From assembly GCA_963719225.1 (NCBI GenBank), contig CAVRAY010000001.1, positions 2,272,001 to 2,336,000 of the forward strand: a stretch of DNA of 64,000 nucleotides, written 5' to 3'. The position numbers were made by a program, and so were the translations under genes. A model generated the notes under the pieces. That model was given only the letters and a program-made list of their open reading frames with translations. It had not been told where the DNA came from and ran no database searches. How positions within the stretch are numbered: position 1 is the first letter of the stretch; each line of letters starts with the position of its first letter. This document shows, one piece after another, positions 59,530-64,000 of this stretch. The stretch is from Thermoanaerobaculia bacterium. GTDB taxonomy: Bacteria; Acidobacteriota; Thermoanaerobaculia; UBA5066.

Positions 59530-59611
59530 GGTCTCTGTGGCAAGGTTTTGATGCGGTCGGAATCCCCGCTCCCTTGCGAGCGGTTCCGGCTGCCAGGAAG
59601 GAAACTCGACT

Positions 59612-60124
59612 ATGAAAACACAGCATCTCACGGTTCTCGTCCCTGGCATCTTTGCCGCTGCCGCATTCGTGCTGGCCGCGAGCATCCGTGCCCAGACGCC
59701 TGCGCCTCCGGCTACCACGAGCTCTCAGGCGGCCCCGACGACCGGCCACCACAAGCCCATCGCTGCGAAGTCCAAGCACGACGCTGACATGAACTCGGAG
59801 TGTCAGGCCATGATGGCGAAGAAGCAGGAGATGCAGAACAAGCTCCAGGCGATGGACGCCACGCTGGACAAGCTCGTGGCGGAGATGAACGCCGCGAAAG
59901 GGTCCAAAGAAGTCGACGCCCTGGAGAAGCCGATGGCGGCTGTCCTCAACGAGCTCGTCGCCCAGCGCAAGGCCCTTCGCTCCATGATGATGGAGATGCA
60001 ACCCGCGATGATGGCGCACATGATGCATCACATGCACGGCACGAAGGGTGCGATGGAATGCCCGATGATGAAGATGGGCACTGCTCCCGAACCAAAGGCG
60101 GAGGAGAAGAAGCCCATGATGTGA
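59612..60124 (+). CDS. Exported Met/His-rich helical protein, possible copper binding
   Basis: Signal peptide, MMAHMMHHM, MECPMM. Confidence 0.75.
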   Translation: MKTQHLTVLVPGIFAAAAFVLAASIRAQTPAPPATTSSQAAPTTGHHKPIAAKSKHDADMNSECQAMMAKKQEMQNKLQAMDATLDKLVAEMNAAKGSKEVDALEKPMAAVLNELVAQRKALRSMMMEMQPAMMAHMMHHMHGTKGAMECPMMKMGTAPEPKAEEKKPMM

Positions 60125-60232
60125 AGAGCCCGCAGGACGGCGGGACGTCTCGATTGGAGCCCCCGCCGCGCGGCCGATTCCCGCGCAGTGTCTGACGCCA
60201 GCCGTCGCGGGCTGGAGGGGAGGTACTTCGAA

Positions 60233-60409
60233 ATGGTCAAGGATCCTGTTTGCGGCATGGCCGTCGACGACAAATCCGTCCACAGAAGCATGCATGCGGG
60301 GCAGATCTACGTGTTCTGCTGTTCTACCTGCAAGACGAAGTTCGACAAGGAGCCGGGACGGTACGTGGCTCCTGCAGGGACAGAAGTCCAGCGAGGGAGC
60401 AGACCATGA
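60233..60409 (+). CDS. YHS-domain protein
   Basis: KDPVCGM.V...Y.FCC..CK.KF..EP.RY. Confidence 0.88.
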   Translation: MVKDPVCGMAVDDKSVHRSMHAGQIYVFCCSTCKTKFDKEPGRYVAPAGTEVQRGSRP

Positions 60410-60522
60410 TGCCCGGCGGAGGATGGCCTGGAATGGGCGGAGGGATGTGGCTTTGGACGGTGATCGGCGTGCTGGTGGTGGTTCTGCTGGTCGTCCTGAT
60501 CAACAGGTTGTCCAAGAAGTAG
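60406..60522 (+). CDS. 38-aa single-TM protein
   Basis: MMPGGGWPGMGGGMWLWTVIGVLVVVLLVVLINRLSKK. ATGA overlap with the YHS gene. Confidence 0.65.
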   Translation: MMPGGGWPGMGGGMWLWTVIGVLVVVLLVVLINRLSKK

Positions 60523-60636
60523 TCCCCCTCGGCGAGAGCGGGTAGCGCTCGTGGCGGGCTGATCGTCTCGACAGTTCGTGGTTTTATCGGGTCCCGGCGG
60601 AGGTAGTGACGGCAGGGCGCCACAGGAGAGCGTTTG

Positions 60637-60651
60637 TGGCATGCCGCATGC
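60637..60651 (+). promoter_or_regulatory. Sigma54 promoter
   Basis: TGGCAT-GCCGC-ATGC upstream of csbD. Confidence 0.6.
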
Positions 60652-60677
60652 AGCCTTTCGCAGAAAAGGAGAACTCC

Positions 60678-60881
60678 GTGAGCAAACAAGAAGTCGGCGG
60701 AAAAGTTAAGAACGTCAAAGGGAAAGTGAAAGAGGCGGTCGGGATCCTTACCGGCGACAAGAGGATGGAGCGGGAGGGCTCGGCGCAGCGTGCCGAGGGA
60801 TCGATAGAGGAGGGTCTCGGCAAGGCGCGCCGCAAAGTCGGTGAGGTCCTGACGAATCTCGGCAACGCCGTCAAGAAGTAG
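60678..60881 (+). CDS. csbD: CsbD family general stress protein
   Basis: GK....KGKVKEAVG.LTGD.....EG.....EG..EE..G. AAGGAG SD. Confidence 0.88.
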   Translation: MSKQEVGGKVKNVKGKVKEAVGILTGDKRMEREGSAQRAEGSIEEGLGKARRKVGEVLTNLGNAVKK

Positions 60882-60966
60882 ACCGGGCCGCTCGCCTCGA
60901 ACCGTCGAGAGGTGCGAGGGCGAAGCCATTACGCTCTTCGCACCCGGCGCGTGGATAATCACGGGC

Positions 60967-62298
60967 GTGCCGAAAAACGCCCTCGACCTCCCCACCCAGG
61001 TCGACGCGGTCGTCTGCGGGGGCGGTCCCGGGGGCTCCACGTTCGCGACGCTGATGGCGCGGATGGGCCATCGCGCCGTCGTCTTCGAGCGCGAGAAGTT
61101 TCCCCGCTTCCACATCGGCGAGTCGCTCCTGCCCTGGAACGTGCCGCTCTTCGAGCGCATCGGCGTTCTCGAGAAGCTGAAGGCGACGGCTCCCCAGGTG
61201 AAATACGGGGCCCGCTTCTACCATCAGGGAACGGACTTCACGCGCCCGGTGCTGTTCGTGAACGGCGTCGACCGCGACCACGCGACCTCGTTCCAGGTGA
61301 AACGGGCCGAGTTCGACGCGCTCCTCCTGAACCACGCGCGGGATTCGGGAGCGGCCGTCTTCGAGGAAGCGCGCGTCACGGAAGTGCTCTTCAGCGCGGA
61401 CGGCAAGAGGGCGCGAGGCGTGAAGGTGCTCCTCACAGGGGAAAACGAGCCGCGCACCGTGGAGGCGAAGGTGGTCGTGGATGCCACCGGCCGCGATGCG
61501 CTTCTCTCACGCCACCTCGGCGGGCGGCGCCGGGATCCCCTTCTCGACCGTTCGGCCGCGTTCACCCACTACGACACCTTCAGGCGCGAGGAAGGGCCCA
61601 CCGGCGGCGACATCGTCATCGTCACGACGCCGGAAGGCTGGTGGTGGCTGATCCCGTTCTCGGACGGCTCGGTCTCGGTCGGAATCGTGATGCCTTCGCG
61701 GCGCTTCAAGGAGCGGCAGGGCACCGTGGAGCAGCTCTTCGAGGAGTCGGTCCTGGTCACACCGGAAGTGCGAGAGCTCCTCGCGGGCTCGAAGCGGACG
61801 ATGGACGTGCAGGCCATCGCGGACTACTCGTACGCGACGCCCCGCATCTCCGGCGACGGCTTCTGCCTCGTGGGTGACGCGGCCTGCTTCCTCGATCCCG
61901 TCTTCTCGACGGGCGTCCTCCTGGCGATGCAGTCGGCCGAGATCGCAGCCGCGTCTGTCGACCGCGCGCTCCGCCGAAAGGGTCGCGTCGACGCGGCCGA
62001 TCTCAGGAGCTTCGAAAGGACGTTCCGCGGCGCGACCCGTCGATTCGAGCGCTTCGTCCACGGCTTCTACGAGCCGCACGTCCTCGAGACGTTCTACACT
62101 CCGGCTCCGAGCGCCTGGATCGGCCGCGGCGTCACGACGGTGCTCGGCGGCGGCGTCTTTCATCCGACGTTCAAAGCCCGCCTCTGGATCTTCTCCTTTC
62201 ATGTCTGCGCCGCGTTCGTCAGGGTCGTGCAGGCATTTCGTGGCCGAGGCGCTTTCGAAAGGGCGACGGAAATTCTCGAGCCCGAGAAAACGCCGTGA
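60967..62298 (+). CDS. FAD-dependent oxidoreductase of the flavin halogenase-like family
   Basis: GGGPGG, FPRFHIGESLLP, WWWLIP (WxWxIP), GDAACFLDPVFSTGV. Confidence 0.9.
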   Translation: MPKNALDLPTQVDAVVCGGGPGGSTFATLMARMGHRAVVFEREKFPRFHIGESLLPWNVPLFERIGVLEKLKATAPQVKYGARFYHQGTDFTRPVLFVNGVDRDHATSFQVKRAEFDALLLNHARDSGAAVFEEARVTEVLFSADGKRARGVKVLLTGENEPRTVEAKVVVDATGRDALLSRHLGGRRRDPLLDRSAAFTHYDTFRREEGPTGGDIVIVTTPEGWWWLIPFSDGSVSVGIVMPSRRFKERQGTVEQLFEESVLVTPEVRELLAGSKRTMDVQAIADYSYATPRISGDGFCLVGDAACFLDPVFSTGVLLAMQSAEIAAASVDRALRRKGRVDAADLRSFERTFRGATRRFERFVHGFYEPHVLETFYTPAPSAWIGRGVTTVLGGGVFHPTFKARLWIFSFHVCAAFVRVVQAFRGRGAFERATEILEPEKTP

Positions 62299-63602
62299 GC
62301 TTCCGACGCGGCCTGAAGCTCGCGGGTTTCGCGCGCCGACACCTGGGCCGCATGCGCCGCGGGCGCGCCGAGGTGATGGAGCACCTCTCCGCTCCCGATT
62401 CCGCCGACCTCCCGATGCCCACGTTCGTGCAGCTGCGCGTCACGAACCTCTGCAACCTCCGCTGCAAGATGTGCGGACAGTGGGGAGACACGGGGATCTT
62501 TCGCGCGGGAGCCGAGGCGTCGGCGTCCGACGGGGAAAGGGAGAGACGCCGGATTCGCGAGCTGATCGGGCTGAACCGCCAGATGGCGCTCCCCGACTAT
62601 GTCCGCCTCCTCGACGAGCTCGCGCCGTCGAAGCCCATCATCAGCCTCTTCGGCGGGGAACCGCTGCTCTATCCCGACATCCTGCCTCTCATCCGGGAGG
62701 TGAAGGCGCGCGGCCTCACGTGCTCGCTCATCACGAACGGCTGGCGGCTCGAGGAATTGGCCCGCGAGCTCGTCGAGGCCGGCGTGGACTCGATCATGGT
62801 CTCCATCGACAGCCTGCCCGCCGTTCACGACCGGATCCGGGGACAGGCCGGCAGCTTCGCACGTGCGGCGGCCGGCGTCCGGGCCGTCGCCCGCGTACGG
62901 GACGAACACCGGTCCGCGGCGCCGATGCTCCTCGCCATCCTGCCGATCACCGAGCTCAACCTCGAAGACGTCGCGCCGGCGCTCGAGGAGCTTCGAAAGC
63001 TTCCGCTCGACACGGTCAACGTCGGGCTTCGCTGGTTCGTCTCGAAGGACACCGGCGCGGAGTACGAGAAGGTGATGTCCGAGACCTTCGGCGTCTCGGG
63101 CAGCTCCTGGAAGGGATTCGAGTTCGACGGCGCGGACTTCGCGGTCACGAAGGGGCGTCAGCTGACGCAGCTCGTGAAGCTCCTGAAGGGCCTCCGTCGC
63201 CGGCGCTTTCTCGACTCCGCGCGAGGCCTCCCTTGGATCTCGTTCGTGCCCGACGTGCCCGCCAAGGGCGTGCCCGACTACTTCGCCGACGCGACGAAGA
63301 CCTTCGGCCACGACCTCTGCCCCGTGGCCTGGTACTTCGCCCAGGTCGAGCCGGACGGCCAGGTCTGCTTCTGCGGGGACTTTCCCGACTACTTCATCGG
63401 GAACGTGCGGAAGACGCCGTTCCGCGAGATCTGGACCGGGGAGCGCGCGGGCCGCTTCCGCGAAAAGCTCGCGAAGGAGCCGCTCCCCATCTGCAGCCGG
63501 TGCTGCGGAAACTTCGTCTACGGCGCGTGGGCGCGCCCGTCGGATTCGGGCCGCGCCCTCGAGCCTCCTTCCGAAGCGCTTCCGTCCTTCCAGAACCGGT
63601 AG
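62295..63602 (+). CDS. Radical SAM protein with SPASM/twitch domain
   Basis: CNLRCKMC, GGEPLL, TNG, C-terminal C....G.V.FC...IGNV....CSRCC. Confidence 0.92.
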   Translation: MSFRRGLKLAGFARRHLGRMRRGRAEVMEHLSAPDSADLPMPTFVQLRVTNLCNLRCKMCGQWGDTGIFRAGAEASASDGERERRRIRELIGLNRQMALPDYVRLLDELAPSKPIISLFGGEPLLYPDILPLIREVKARGLTCSLITNGWRLEELARELVEAGVDSIMVSIDSLPAVHDRIRGQAGSFARAAAGVRAVARVRDEHRSAAPMLLAILPITELNLEDVAPALEELRKLPLDTVNVGLRWFVSKDTGAEYEKVMSETFGVSGSSWKGFEFDGADFAVTKGRQLTQLVKLLKGLRRRRFLDSARGLPWISFVPDVPAKGVPDYFADATKTFGHDLCPVAWYFAQVEPDGQVCFCGDFPDYFIGNVRKTPFREIWTGERAGRFREKLAKEPLPICSRCCGNFVYGAWARPSDSGRALEPPSEALPSFQNR

Positions 63603-64000
63603 AAGTTGAACCACTGAGTCGGGTGCGCGCGCACGACGCCTTCCAGGTCGGCGGCCACGCGGCTCATGATGCGGCGCGCGTCCTCCTCGGGAGAAAGCGT
63701 TTCGTCGGCGCCGATCGGCGCCCCCCAGACGTTGAAGTACGCTCCGTCGGGCCTGCGCAGGAAGAAGCCCGGAAGGATCTCGCACCGGCAGAAGCGGGCG
63801 AGGAGGGCCGGCGAGCGGAGAAAAGGCGTGGGGCGGCCGAAGTAGGAGACGACCACCTGGTCCTCCGGGTAGGCGCGGTCGACGAGGAGCGCAACCGCCC
63901 GCCCCGCCTCGACGGCCGTCCGCACCCTCAGCGCAGTCGCCATGGAAGAGCCGATGTCGATCGACTCGACGCCGAGGCGCGTCCTGAGGCTCAGGCGCAT
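63518..64000 (-). CDS. LpxL-like lysophospholipid acyltransferase, C-terminal part
   Basis: VALLVDR, V.YFG..TPF, LE..VR.HPTQWFNFY.FW. Confidence 0.85.
   Translation of the reverse strand: MRLSLRTRLGVESIDIGSSMATALRVRTAVEAGRAVALLVDRAYPEDQVVVSYFGRPTPFLRSPALLARFCRCEILPGFFLRRPDGAYFNVWGAPIGADETLSPEEDARRIMSRVAADLEGVVRAHPTQWFNFYRFWKDGSASEGGSRARPESDGRAHAP

Overview
High-GC bacterial chromosomal segment. The VWA-domain protein and the Ser/Thr kinase expansion suggest Acidobacteriota, which is an inference. The dominant feature is a ~29 kb minus-strand, translationally coupled gene run (47893 to 18737). It holds nine Hanks-type Ser/Thr kinase + transmembrane helix + beta-propeller receptor genes (K1-K9), interleaved with a DUF885 gene and xpt and ending in a Ski2/HelY-like helicase. 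All nine kinases carry two AT-rich DNA boxes conserved at synonymous positions, which form an imperfect inverted repeat, next to a hypervariable poly-Ser loop. They show segmental gene conversion (164/166 nt identity between K5 and K7). Four of them share an indel-free 165-nt juxtamembrane/TM cassette that ends abruptly where the divergent ectodomain begins. Together this looks like a constant/variable receptor-kinase repertoire diversified by recombination (hypothesis). Left flank: a VOC/DoxX/DGPF cluster with an ECF42-type promoter, a frameshifted TrxB-like locus, an ECF sigma-kinase/TPR pair, a diheme cytochrome c, chrB and an RND pump. Right flank: a putative sigma54-dependent general-stress island with eight -24/-12 motifs around an NtrC-like activator, then a halogenase-like flavoprotein, a radical SAM enzyme and an acyltransferase. 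Scattered frameshifts suggest some assembly indel errors. No rRNA, tRNA, CRISPR array, transposase, integrase or reverse transcriptase was recognised.
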